Shown here: positions 7,198 to 15,195 of the stretch, one piece after another | Layout of the letters: the number at the start of each line of letters is the position of its first letter | How positions within the stretch are numbered: the first letter of the stretch is position 1 | Origin: an uncultured virus (IMG/VR IMGVR_UViG_3300049846_000869) | Lineage: Duplodnaviria > Heunggongvirae > Uroviricota > Caudoviricetes | IMG/VR virus record: IMGVR_UViG_3300049846_000869 | Reading direction: 5' to 3' (one strand) | Length of the DNA stretch: 20,000 nucleotides | Notes under the pieces: model-generated | Seen by the model: only the letters and a program-made list of their open reading frames with translations | Told to the model about the DNA's origin: nothing | Databases searched by the model: none | Program-made: the position numbers and the translations under genes

Positions 7198-7709
7198 AAA
7201 CTTTAAAACCAGCCGAAAGAAAATTGCTCGACAAGACTCTTAAAAGTCTGCTTGTCGAATTCGATAAGTTGACTCGTCCTAGGACGGTAAAGGTTCAACC
7301 TAAAGGGTTGCCGGTTATCATAGTTACCGATTTGGTCTGGGAAGAAGATGTTTATTGTTACCCAGACATTCCTAGTTGTACCTTCAAAGGGATTAAGAAC
7401 GACAGGCTTGTTAAGTCTGGGCTGTTTTCGATTCAACAAGCCAAAGACTTTTACGAGAATATGGTAAGGGATTATGATTTCATTGATATCTTGGCTGATA
7501 AGGACAAAACTCTCAAGGCTGCTATCGGGCAATACGACGCTGATATCAAAGCGTTCTGTAAGAAGGCCGAGCAATTCGGAGAACTCTACTTCGAAGATAG
7601 CGATTGGTTCTTCAGCGAATACGCTAGAGATATGTATCCCGGCTTTGACTTGAAGGGTAACCTCAAGTATGCTAAGGATGTGGTTGATGATGCTTTGGAG
7701 GCAATGTAA
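7194..7709 (+). CDS. Hypothetical protein (start MKTLKP)
   Basis: ATGA overlap with the previous stop. Confidence 0.75.
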   Translation: MKTLKPAERKLLDKTLKSLLVEFDKLTRPRTVKVQPKGLPVIIVTDLVWEEDVYCYPDIPSCTFKGIKNDRLVKSGLFSIQQAKDFYENMVRDYDFIDILADKDKTLKAAIGQYDADIKAFCKKAEQFGELYFEDSDWFFSEYARDMYPGFDLKGNLKYAKDVVDDALEAM

Positions 7710-8017
7710 TGGCTAAGAAATTATTGACTTTTGCTCAAGCCGCTAAGAAGGCTTCGTATGCTATCTTTGAACCGAAAAATGGTAAAGATGGTGCTGAAGC
7801 AATTCTGTGTTTCTGTGAGTATGCTTCAGACTGGACCGTTGATGATGCCGGTGACGCTATGGGAGCATGGTTGTTCGCAGCAGTAAACGACAATGACATT
7901 CTCGATGAGGCTCTAACCGATATCGAGGTCAAAGACCTGAAGCGTTACGGTAAGACTAACCGTTGGCTCTGGGGTGGTGATACTATCATCACTCTGGTCA
8001 AGGCTGAAACAATCTAA
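7709..8017 (+). CDS. Hypothetical protein
   Basis: GGAGG SD; TAATG coupling. Confidence 0.8.
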   Translation: MAKKLLTFAQAAKKASYAIFEPKNGKDGAEAILCFCEYASDWTVDDAGDAMGAWLFAAVNDNDILDEALTDIEVKDLKRYGKTNRWLWGGDTIITLVKAETI

Positions 8018-8499
8018 TGCCAACCGGTGACCCAACATGCTTGGTTCATGGACAAATTCGTTGCAATTGCTACGAGAATGGTCTAAGATATAGATGGTCG
8101 CATCTGACCCGAGATGGTCAGGATGTGTATGTTGAAATAAGTTCTGGAGAACAATTTATGTACCAAGGTGAAGAAGGCCGCAAGGCTTATGGAAAACACG
8201 ATGCCGGTGGCGCTTGGTCTTTTGACAATACCAAGGTCAACCCTGCTCTAGCGATGGAATGGCTGACCAAGCCTACCAATCGTTTCGAACAGATTTGGGG
8301 AGTCATCTACTTCTACCACATGGACTGGAACCATATGGCACTTCCTACAGCCCTTGGCTCACTCTGCAAGGAGATGTTCATCAACGGGGATGTTCATGGC
8401 TATCGAGCCTTCGTGGTTCGTAAGGCGCTTCAATCTTTGCAAGACCCCGGCTTCATCGAATTCGGTGAGAAGCCTTGGGAGATGAAAGATGAGGCTTAA
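8017..8499 (+). CDS. Hypothetical protein with N-terminal CxxH..CxC
   Basis: TAATG coupling. Confidence 0.75.
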   Translation: MPTGDPTCLVHGQIRCNCYENGLRYRWSHLTRDGQDVYVEISSGEQFMYQGEEGRKAYGKHDAGGAWSFDNTKVNPALAMEWLTKPTNRFEQIWGVIYFYHMDWNHMALPTALGSLCKEMFINGDVHGYRAFVVRKALQSLQDPGFIEFGEKPWEMKDEA

Positions 8500-8872
8500 C
8501 TACGGCGACAATATGTTTCAGGCTATCACCAAGGTTTCCGAAGGTAACCCCGGTGCTATAGTAGCGATTATGAAAATCGCTGAAGTGTACTCCAAGGTTG
8601 ACCCGAAACATTGGATTGTACAGGCTGCTCCCTCTAGTATCGCCGGAGGTGTCGCCATGATGTTCGATGACCACGAAATCTACGGACCTAACATCCACAT
8701 TCTGTTCAAAGATGTATGCGGATTGAAGCCGGAGCGTGTGATTGTTCTATTCCGTGCCCATCAATTAGGCTTCAGTTCTTTGAGTAATTTCAAGGACTTC
8801 CCGCATCTTTCCATTGATTTCGATGACCTGATTGCTAGAATCAAGGCCGAGGTACCCGACTTCAATCCTTAA
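8489..8872 (+). CDS. Hypothetical phage protein (EGNPGA motif)
   Basis: GGAG SD; last gene before a new promoter. Confidence 0.8.
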   Translation: MRLNYGDNMFQAITKVSEGNPGAIVAIMKIAEVYSKVDPKHWIVQAAPSSIAGGVAMMFDDHEIYGPNIHILFKDVCGLKPERVIVLFRAHQLGFSSLSNFKDFPHLSIDFDDLIARIKAEVPDFNP

Positions 8873-8893
8873 GAATAAAGTTTCCAAAAGGTG

Positions 8894-8922
8894 TTGACAG
8901 TTACTAGTAACTGTTATATACT
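8894..8922 (+). promoter_or_regulatory. Sigma70-type promoter with an overlapping 18-bp perfect palindrome
   Basis: TTGACA-N17-TATACT; ACAGTTACTAGTAACTGT at 8897-8914. Confidence 0.85.
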
Positions 8923-8928
8923 TGTTTT

Positions 8929-9227
8929 GTCTTGTGGCGGATAAGACCCGTTCTTCGGGGGAAACGCACCCAGTACAGACATGGGCTGGGGTACAAGTAG
9001 TCATAGGAAGCTTAATGCCGATGTAACCTAAGCGTATGCCATGTAAGGCTTGGGGGAGGGCGGTTCGGTTGGTACCATACTAATTATGGCAAGAAGACGA
9101 CCGATTGCAGGTGAGAATCCTGTCAAGATGTTGAAGGGGATATAGCTAGTCTCCGGAGTCTTGTAGCAAAATAAAGCGACTTATATCAAGACGAAAGTTG
9201 TAGGGGTTTGCATCCCTGCCAAGGCAC
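8929..9227 (+). ncRNA. Putative structured ncRNA transcript with two tRNA-like units (8929-9130, 9158-9225)
   Basis: No long ORF between a promoter and a terminator; acceptor-like and T-arm-like stems; several internal hairpins. Confidence 0.7.
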
Positions 9228-9228
9228 T

Positions 9229-9259
9229 AAAAAGGGGACTCATCGAGTCCCCTTTTTTT
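9229..9259. terminator. Bidirectional intrinsic terminator
   Basis: AAAAA GGGGACTC ATC GAGTCCCC TTTTTTT between convergent units. Confidence 0.85.
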
Positions 9260-9605
9260 ATTTCTTCAAAGATTCCCTGAACCTCTCCGCTTCCTCGTCC
9301 AACACCTCGGGATGTGCCTTGATGTAGGCCAGACGCTCTCCGTGGAACAGGTCAACCCCACGATTGTACTTGTCTCGGGTGCTACGAACGGTACAGATGA
9401 ACTCGTCCACGACCAATAGAGCCTCATGGACGGCAACAAGTTGGTCCTCGATGCTAGTGTTGAGGTCGGTCATGTTCTGCTCTGCGGTGAACTCTCTGGC
9501 CCCAACTAACTTAGCAGCATCACGCAGTTTGCCAGCGATTAGTTCCAGATTGTCAGCATGGACCGATAAAGCACCAGCAACCTTTCTGTCTAATTCTTTA
9601 TACAT
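9258..9605 (-). CDS. Hypothetical helical protein
   Basis: AGGA SD; follows 9607-10314 and ends at the terminator. Confidence 0.75.
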   Translation of the reverse strand: MYKELDRKVAGALSVHADNLELIAGKLRDAAKLVGAREFTAEQNMTDLNTSIEDQLVAVHEALLVVDEFICTVRSTRDKYNRGVDLFHGERLAYIKAHPEVLDEEAERFRESLKK

Positions 9606-9606
9606 T

Positions 9607-10314
9607 TTAGTTTCCTACTTCCAAATCTTTGGTAATTTCATCCCATTTTTTCATGATTACCTTAAGCCTTTCAAGATGCGAAACTCGACTCTTATACGGA
9701 GGCAACAAAGCCTTGGCAATCGTCTTTTCCCCGCTCTCATGTTGAATAACCATAAGAGCCGTGATGTTCAAAATATCCCTGAACTTTTCGATATGGTTGA
9801 GCCTGTTACTTTGACTGAACATATCGTACTTCTCCACGATAGGGAGGAAACGGTTGATTACGGCATTGTAAGTCCTAGGCGTTTTCTTACGAAATTCCGC
9901 TTCATCGGCGGTCGAAGGATTAATGTCCATGACGAGCCTAGAGAATCGTTCGACTCGCCCTCCCGCAATTTCTCGATAATATTTCCAATCTCCCAGAGCA
10001 TCAGGATAAGTCATATAAGCACTTATCACAACTTCGTAGGAGCCATTACCTTTGGTGCCACCATATCGTCTATGACTGGCATAGGTGGTTACTCTAAGCG
10101 TACCGCACATCAGTTCCAATTTTGACTTAATTGAAAAATGAGGGTAACTACCCGTATCCAGTTCAGATTCCGTTGTCATTTTAGGCTTGGCCTTATCGTA
10201 CAGAGGAAGGCCGAATTTCTCGTACATATCCAAGAACTTCGGGTTCTCCATAAGCCCATCAACCGCTAGGTTGTGTTGGGTGTCCAAATAATCAGCGATA
10301 TCCTTGAACTTCAT
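9607..10314 (-). CDS. Hypothetical protein
   Basis: 235-aa ORF with AGGAG SD. Confidence 0.8.
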   Translation of the reverse strand: MKFKDIADYLDTQHNLAVDGLMENPKFLDMYEKFGLPLYDKAKPKMTTESELDTGSYPHFSIKSKLELMCGTLRVTTYASHRRYGGTKGNGSYEVVISAYMTYPDALGDWKYYREIAGGRVERFSRLVMDINPSTADEAEFRKKTPRTYNAVINRFLPIVEKYDMFSQSNRLNHIEKFRDILNITALMVIQHESGEKTIAKALLPPYKSRVSHLERLKVIMKKWDEITKDLEVGN

Positions 10315-10383
10315 GCCTACTCCTATGGGTTCTACCCGTTGAACTGACAGCCTAACATCTTGGAACTACATTAGCAATACCCC

Positions 10384-10411
10384 TTGACAAAAAATTATAA
10401 GCGTGTATAGT
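10384..10411 (+). promoter_or_regulatory. Sigma70-type promoter
   Basis: TTGACA-N16-TATAGT. Confidence 0.65.
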
Positions 10412-10431
10412 AGGGTCTACGAGGTATTCTT

Positions 10432-10797
10432 ATGCAGGGCGGGTTTTTCGTTTTAATGCTTATGTATGTAGCCTTTAGGGTTGCGGTCATAGAACCGTAC
10501 ACCCCACAGGAATTACATAACTTCTTTACCGTCCTATCGTGGATAATTCCCGGCTGGATTGGTGGGTGTTTGGATTCTAATGCCCATGAAGCAGATAATA
10601 AGTGGTATCCAAGAAGTCTAAGAGGATTTTTCCTAATTTTCTTCGGACCAATCGGATTACTCGATGGTATTGGAAGCCATTACGACGCTAAGGCTCGTAG
10701 GTCAATGCGAGAATTCGAGCGTCAGGAACGCCAAGAAGCCCGCGAAGCCGCTGCCGAGGCTGCTGAAGAATTCAGAAAGAGATATAAAAAGGACTAA
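10432..10797 (+). CDS. Membrane protein with charged C-terminal helix
   Basis: GAGGT SD; hydrophobic segments. Confidence 0.7.
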   Translation: MQGGFFVLMLMYVAFRVAVIEPYTPQELHNFFTVLSWIIPGWIGGCLDSNAHEADNKWYPRSLRGFFLIFFGPIGLLDGIGSHYDAKARRSMREFERQERQEAREAAAEAAEEFRKRYKKD

Positions 10798-10834
10798 TAC
10801 CATCCAACCTAAATAACCATGAAAAGGAGATTTC

Positions 10835-11068
10835 ATGGTTGGGTTGCTCATCTGGGTGTCCATCGGACTTGTAGGATATTACTACGGTCCATACTTAAAA
10901 GCAGAGAAAGATACCGACACCAGAGAGATGGTGTGGTTAGCAATTGGTTATATGATATTCGGCCCTACCTCATGGATAGGGAACTTCATAGTAAACGCAC
11001 AAGAAGCGTCTTACAAATCTAAATCAGAGAAATCAACCTTGCCCAGAGAATCATCAACCATTCGATGA
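10835..11068 (+). CDS. Small membrane protein, probably late
   Basis: TAAATA at 10810, AGGAG SD, two hydrophobic segments. Confidence 0.7.
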   Translation: MVGLLIWVSIGLVGYYYGPYLKAEKDTDTREMVWLAIGYMIFGPTSWIGNFIVNAQEASYKSKSEKSTLPRESSTIR

Positions 11069-11202
11069 TTCTCTGTTTTCTTACAATGGATGCAACGACT
11101 ATACCTGAACTTCGGCTTGTCGTTAATCCCATGCCCATACTGAACCACGACTTCTTCCCAGTCATGATTATCAAACCAACAGAAGAACTTATGAAGGTTC
11201 AT
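11011..11202 (-). CDS. Small putative Zn-binding protein (C..H..CxxC)
   Basis: TAATG coupling to 11202-11939; FCWFDNHDW...CIHC. Confidence 0.65.
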   Translation of the reverse strand: MNLHKFFCWFDNHDWEEVVVQYGHGINDKPKFRYSRCIHCKKTENHRMVDDSLGKVDFSDLDL

Positions 11203-11939
11203 TATTTCTTGGCCGCGAGCAGGGCTTCCAAAGTTTCCTTCGGAATCGTTTTCAACATCTTGTCGAATTCTTTCTTCTTCTTGGCTTCAGCCTTCTTAGC
11301 GGCTTCCTCGTCCTTAGCCTTTTGAGCCGCAGCGCGTTCAGCAACAGTTATTGCAGCAATACGCTTCTGGGCTTCGACTCTCCAAGCACTCTGCACTTGA
11401 TAGAGTTTTCCTTGGGCTTGCTGAAGGGCTTGAGCATAGTTAGCCGGAGTGCTGTAGTAAATTTCCAACTTAAGGGTACTGGAAGCATCGTCGTAGTTAT
11501 ATTCCGTATCTGCGGTCAGACCATAGGAATGAACCTTAAATTCCTTGTGCTGTTTAGCCAACACCCTTTCCATGTCAATGAATTTTTGCATCAAGGAACT
11601 AAAAATCAATTCAGGATTAACAGCAACCATACTGTTGCTGATGGTGTATCCACCGTTATTCAAATCATACGGCCCCATAGCATGGCGAGAGCCAGTAGGG
11701 ACGAATTGCGTTAAAGAAGGAGCGTGTTCAGAATAAGTATCGTTGACCCAAGCCGCTGCATCCAAGATAGCCTGACGGCTGACATACTTGGTCAAGGTCT
11801 TATGATAATCATCACCAATGGCGGTTGCTTGGCATTTGGCCCCGTATTTTTCAGCCTCGGAATCGGGCAGGGCATCATACACCTGCTTGACCATCGCCAG
11901 AAATTCGTCTAAAGTCATCTTCTTAGCCATTGGGTACAC
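11202..11939 (-). CDS. Hypothetical protein with Ala/Lys-rich C-terminal helix
   Basis: 245-aa ORF with its own promoter; the GAGGT SD favours ATG at 11930 as the start. Confidence 0.8.
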   Translation of the reverse strand: MYPMAKKMTLDEFLAMVKQVYDALPDSEAEKYGAKCQATAIGDDYHKTLTKYVSRQAILDAAAWVNDTYSEHAPSLTQFVPTGSRHAMGPYDLNNGGYTISNSMVAVNPELIFSSLMQKFIDMERVLAKQHKEFKVHSYGLTADTEYNYDDASSTLKLEIYYSTPANYAQALQQAQGKLYQVQSAWRVEAQKRIAAITVAERAAAQKAKDEEAAKKAEAKKKKEFDKMLKTIPKETLEALLAAKK

Positions 11940-11953
11940 CTCTATAGAAGGCC

Positions 11954-12014
11954 AGTCTATACAAGAAAGAAGTTGCCGTCAAGGGGTTGACAGGGATTTT
12001 TATCTAGGTATACT
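11954..12014. promoter_or_regulatory. Back-to-back divergent sigma70-type promoters
   Basis: Minus: TTGACG-N17-TAGACT (11982-11954); plus: TTGACA-N16-TATACT (11987-12014) with ATG at 12021 (leaderless). Confidence 0.7.
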
Positions 12015-12020
12015 GACACA

Positions 12021-12626
12021 ATGACACAAATGCCTTCAGTACAATATGGCGGTGAACGCCTATACATAACGCCCTTCTCCTTCAAGCATGGAGATGACAA
12101 GGTGTGTTATTACCATTGCTCCGAATTCCAGCCTATGGGTGGTTCAGAATTCGAATGGCGTTCAGAATTTAGCCTACCTAAGAAACTCTGGTATAAACTC
12201 GTAGGGGCTTCTACCAGACTGTTCGGGTATAACCGTCTTTATTTAAAATGGTGGGTTATTAGATATGTGTGGGATTATACGATACCTTTCGTAGCATCAG
12301 AGATTTACGATGACCATCTTGGATTGCCTTTCACACTTATGATTGGTGTGGAACAACATGATGTGGTTCAGTTTCAATACTTGTGTCCTACAGACGCATT
12401 TATCTCTAAGAAATTGACTGAAGCTTATCCTTTCCCGGACACTAACGAATTCAAGTTCTCACCAGATGGTCCTCTCTGTTATGTTGATGACAGCCCAGAG
12501 TACCATGATGAAAATGTTCGATACCAGAAGCGCAAGTTCGAGGAATGGCGTAAGTACAAAGCTTGGGAATACACCCAGCAGTTGCTTGGCCGACAGATTT
12601 CGTATATCGTAGAATTAGACACATAA
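12021..12626 (+). CDS. Hypothetical aromatic-rich protein
   Basis: 201-aa ORF directly after a promoter. Confidence 0.75.
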   Translation: MTQMPSVQYGGERLYITPFSFKHGDDKVCYYHCSEFQPMGGSEFEWRSEFSLPKKLWYKLVGASTRLFGYNRLYLKWWVIRYVWDYTIPFVASEIYDDHLGLPFTLMIGVEQHDVVQFQYLCPTDAFISKKLTEAYPFPDTNEFKFSPDGPLCYVDDSPEYHDENVRYQKRKFEEWRKYKAWEYTQQLLGRQISYIVELDT

Positions 12627-12636
12627 GGGACTGCAC

Positions 12637-12873
12637 ATGAACGAAAAGATTTCAGACGAAGAAATTCTAGCAGAGACTAACACTCTCGAAATTGATGAGG
12701 ACGATGTTATTTCGGACGACCCTCTTGATGAGGATGATGCCTCCAGAGATGATATCTACGGTGTCGAGGACGAGTATGGGTATGGCTCTGATGAGGGTCT
12801 TGAGGAATACATCCGTGAAACCGGGCTTTATGACGGTAACATGGACGGGCTTGAGAAAGGCTATGACTACTAA
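12637..12873 (+). CDS. Highly acidic small protein
   Basis: AAGGGG SD; very Asp/Glu-rich. Confidence 0.7.
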   Translation: MNEKISDEEILAETNTLEIDEDDVISDDPLDEDDASRDDIYGVEDEYGYGSDEGLEEYIRETGLYDGNMDGLEKGYDY

Positions 12874-13096
12874 GTACGCTATCAAGTACCGTTATTCTGA
12901 TACGGGATGGCTTCTTCCGTCAGTAGAACTTTTCGATGATGATGGAGATGCCTACTTCAAGGCTGCTGCCGAAGAAAAGGCTTCCAAGGAATCATACCAG
13001 AAGTGTGTTGATGCTGGTATTGATGTGCCCTTTATTGTCGAATTTAAGGTAGTCCCTATGGAAAAGGACTGTATAGGGAGATGGTGTCAGGTATAA
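12863..13096 (+). CDS. Hypothetical protein (start MTTKYAI)
   Basis: AAGG SD; overlaps the previous stop. Confidence 0.65.
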   Translation: MTTKYAIKYRYSDTGWLLPSVELFDDDGDAYFKAAAEEKASKESYQKCVDAGIDVPFIVEFKVVPMEKDCIGRWCQV

Positions 13097-13099
13097 ATA
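13092..13099 (+). promoter_or_regulatory. Perfect T4 late promoter consensus TATAAATA
   Basis: TATAAATA 8 nt before ATG 13108. Confidence 0.7.
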
Positions 13100-13107
13100 C
13101 TGGTACC

Positions 13108-13638
13108 ATGAAGATACTTTCACTATTAAAAGAAGTTACCTTATCCCGTTTAATGCGACAGGATTCCGCCCATTCTACAGGGGCTATTTCAGCCTTCAGA
13201 GGGCAGTATTCTTGGCGCGAAAACATGCAGCGTCACAGGTCTTTAAAGGCTAAGTTGATGGCTCTAGGATACGGGGTCTCCGAGATTGACGGCAGTTACA
13301 TCGAAGGGTATGATACCCCAGATGCTAAAGAAGTCTCAGAGAAAAGCTTCTTCGTCGTAAATTATAAGGTGAAGGGGTCTGACGACGGTAAACTTGAACT
13401 TGACCTTATCATGTTAGGTCAGGAATTCGACCAAGACAGTATTCTTTCTATTCCTTTTGGACAGAAAGCCCGTCTGGTTGGAACAAGCAACAGAGATGAT
13501 ATGTTTGGTGCTGACAACTCGAACCGCATTGAAGTCGGTTCCATGCGTCCGGGAAAGACAGCCCAATTTATGAGTCGTGTCAGAGGCCGTCCTTTCGTCT
13601 TTGAATGTATCGAAACTAAACCATTGACAACCATCTAA
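13108..13638 (+). CDS. Phage protein (ISAFR...EN..R...L...L...GYG...E.SFFV...QDSIL pattern), start MKILSLLKE
   Basis: Motif pattern I recall from uncharacterised large-phage proteins; late promoter upstream. Confidence 0.8.
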   Translation: MKILSLLKEVTLSRLMRQDSAHSTGAISAFRGQYSWRENMQRHRSLKAKLMALGYGVSEIDGSYIEGYDTPDAKEVSEKSFFVVNYKVKGSDDGKLELDLIMLGQEFDQDSILSIPFGQKARLVGTSNRDDMFGADNSNRIEVGSMRPGKTAQFMSRVRGRPFVFECIETKPLTTI

Positions 13639-13652
13639 ATAGTTGATATTAT
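13624..13652 (+). promoter_or_regulatory. Dual promoter for tRNA-Leu: sigma70-type with embedded TAAATA
   Basis: TTGACA-N17-TATTAT; TAAATA at 13636-13641 inside the spacer. Confidence 0.7.
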
Positions 13653-13661
13653 TGTAAATCT

Positions 13662-13746
13662 GGCCTCTTGGGGGAATTGGTAGACCCGGCAGACTCAAAA
13701 TCTGCTGCCGCGAGGCGTCTCGGTTCGAGTCCGAGAGAGGCCACCA
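13662..13746 (+). tRNA. trnL: tRNA-Leu (CAA)
   Basis: Acceptor GGCCTCT/AGAGGCC, anticodon arm GCAGA-CTCAAAA-TCTGC, long variable arm, TTCGAGT T-loop, encoded CCA. Confidence 0.97.
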
Positions 13747-13770
13747 GATTAAAAAGATTTCCAAAACCCA

Positions 13771-13799
13771 TTGACTCTACCTTCGGGTGTTGGTAATCT
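13771..13799 (+). promoter_or_regulatory. Sigma70-type promoter with extended -10
   Basis: TTGACT-N17-TAATCT preceded by TGn. Confidence 0.65.
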
Positions 13800-13805
13800 T
13801 GATGA

Positions 13806-14285
13806 ACCTTAGCGGCATTTGTAGGGTCTGAGGGTAAAAATTGGTATAGCCAATCTATATCTCGGTGCTTATATGTACCGGCCCCGAACTAAATTCAGAC
13901 AAAATGCCCAAGAATTAGAAAGCCGTGGTAATGCTTGCCTTCCGGCGATGACCACGGGAGAGATTAGGGAAGGCAAAGTTTAAGTTTGTCAGTCTAAAGG
14001 TGATGTAGCGTGATAGACACGCCTGTTACTTGAGGACAAGGCCGAACGAGCGTTTTGGGATTCGCGGTCCCTCGCAAAGTTCTCATAAAACTGAAGAGTC
14101 GAGCGCAACTCTTAAAGTCGGCTGGCATATAGGTGAGCCTTTCACTCTAGTAGTGATTAACAGGTGAGCGCCTCTTCAATGAGGACAATAGACTGGGAAC
14201 AATAGTCCTATATCCCTTCACCCTGACAATTCAATTTCATGCGGTGTTATCTACTTGTAATGCGAAGAACCTTGAGCCGCACATT
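13806..14285 (+). ncRNA. Putative large (about 430-480 nt) structured ncRNA with a pseudoknot
   Basis: No ORF of 60 aa or more; many nested long-range helices and an H-type pseudoknot at 13923-13976. Confidence 0.75.
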
Positions 14286-14299
14286 TACAAAGGTGATAT

Positions 14300-14842
14300 A
14301 TGTTCAGCAAAAATAGTTATCCTGCTTTAGTTATCCTTACCTTCTTGGGCGCTCTGCTCGCAATTCACTACCTAGCACCATCACTAGATGAGGTTACGCT
14401 CGCACCTGTTGCGACACCACCCACGCTACCTGCTTCGGCTGCTGGCGGAACCATCTCCAACATGGTTGGGCTTCCCATCAGAGTCAAAGAACCTTTAGTC
14501 ACGGTGAACGCCGAGAACTACACCGAGTATGTGGCTCTTCATGCTAAGTTGGTCAAATATTACAACGATACCCGTGGTACGGAATTGAAGCCTCTTCGAA
14601 TCTATGTGGCCGATTGGGATTCGTCTGGTCCTCTAGCATACTACACCCAGAAAGGAATTTATGTTCGAGCGGACTCAGTTAACAACGGCGGTCGAGGTTC
14701 GATGATTACCTCTATTGTTGAGGAAACCGCGCACTATGTTTTCGACAAGCATGGCCATAAAGTAACTTCACGACCTGATGACCATACCGATTACGATTGG
14801 TTGATGCTTCGTAAAGAATTTGATGGAATTAGTTTAAAATGA
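14300..14842 (+). CDS. Membrane-anchored or secreted protein with a zincin/SprT-like EExxH...H motif
   Basis: AAGGTG SD; N-terminal hydrophobic helix; Pro/Ala linker; SIVEETAHY...DHTDYDW. Confidence 0.7.
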   Translation: MFSKNSYPALVILTFLGALLAIHYLAPSLDEVTLAPVATPPTLPASAAGGTISNMVGLPIRVKEPLVTVNAENYTEYVALHAKLVKYYNDTRGTELKPLRIYVADWDSSGPLAYYTQKGIYVRADSVNNGGRGSMITSIVEETAHYVFDKHGHKVTSRPDDHTDYDWLMLRKEFDGISLK

Positions 14843-15015
14843 GCAGAATGAAACGATTGATTGATGATATCCTAGCTCCCGTAGATTCTAGGTTTATTCA
14901 ACGAGAAGAACAGCAGGAGCCGTTCCCTGAAGGATTGGCGGAAGCCATCCGTGAAGGAGAGAAGGAGATGGACATGGACAAATATCAAGAGGCCAAAGGA
15001 AAGCCGTTATGCTGA
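14839..15015 (+). CDS. 58-aa hypothetical protein (MSRMKRLIDD...), not in track
   Basis: ATGA overlap with the previous stop. Confidence 0.6.
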   Translation: MSRMKRLIDDILAPVDSRFIQREEQQEPFPEGLAEAIREGEKEMDMDKYQEAKGKPLC

Positions 15016-15152
15016 AGATTCTTGCTATTTTAATTCTGCTTACTGCTGTTGTGTACATTGGTTACAAGTTGCACCAGATTTCCCAATTCCTTGAGAGCAT
15101 GTCCAAGATGTTCGAGAACAAGCACGACAAAGATACCCCACATCTCGGTTGA
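15009..15152 (+). CDS. 47-aa single-TM protein (MLKILAILILLTAVVY...), not in track
   Basis: AAGGA SD; hydrophobic N-terminus. Confidence 0.6.
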   Translation: MLKILAILILLTAVVYIGYKLHQISQFLESMSKMFENKHDKDTPHLG

Positions 15153-15177
15153 CATTGTACATCCATTGTTCTATACT
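15149..15177 (+). promoter_or_regulatory. Sigma70-type promoter
   Basis: TTGACA-N17-TATACT. Confidence 0.8.
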
Positions 15178-15195
15178 GAATCCAAGGAGTTACAA

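Noticed and set aside
8929..9227. tmRNA or canonical tRNA call
   Set aside because: No GGGGC...TCCACCA alanine acceptor, no recognisable tag reading frame, no TTCGA T-loop or CCA end
9364..10125. 253-aa plus-strand ORF
   Set aside because: Antisense shadow of two coupled minus-strand genes that have SD sites and a terminator
13414..13764. 116-aa minus-strand ORF
   Set aside because: Antisense to tRNA-Leu and the 13108 gene; typical tRNA shadow ORF
13806..14285. RNase P RNA or self-splicing intron call
   Set aside because: No GAGGAAAGTCC core found; flanking genes are intact, so there is no interrupted exon; intron core motifs not recognised by eye
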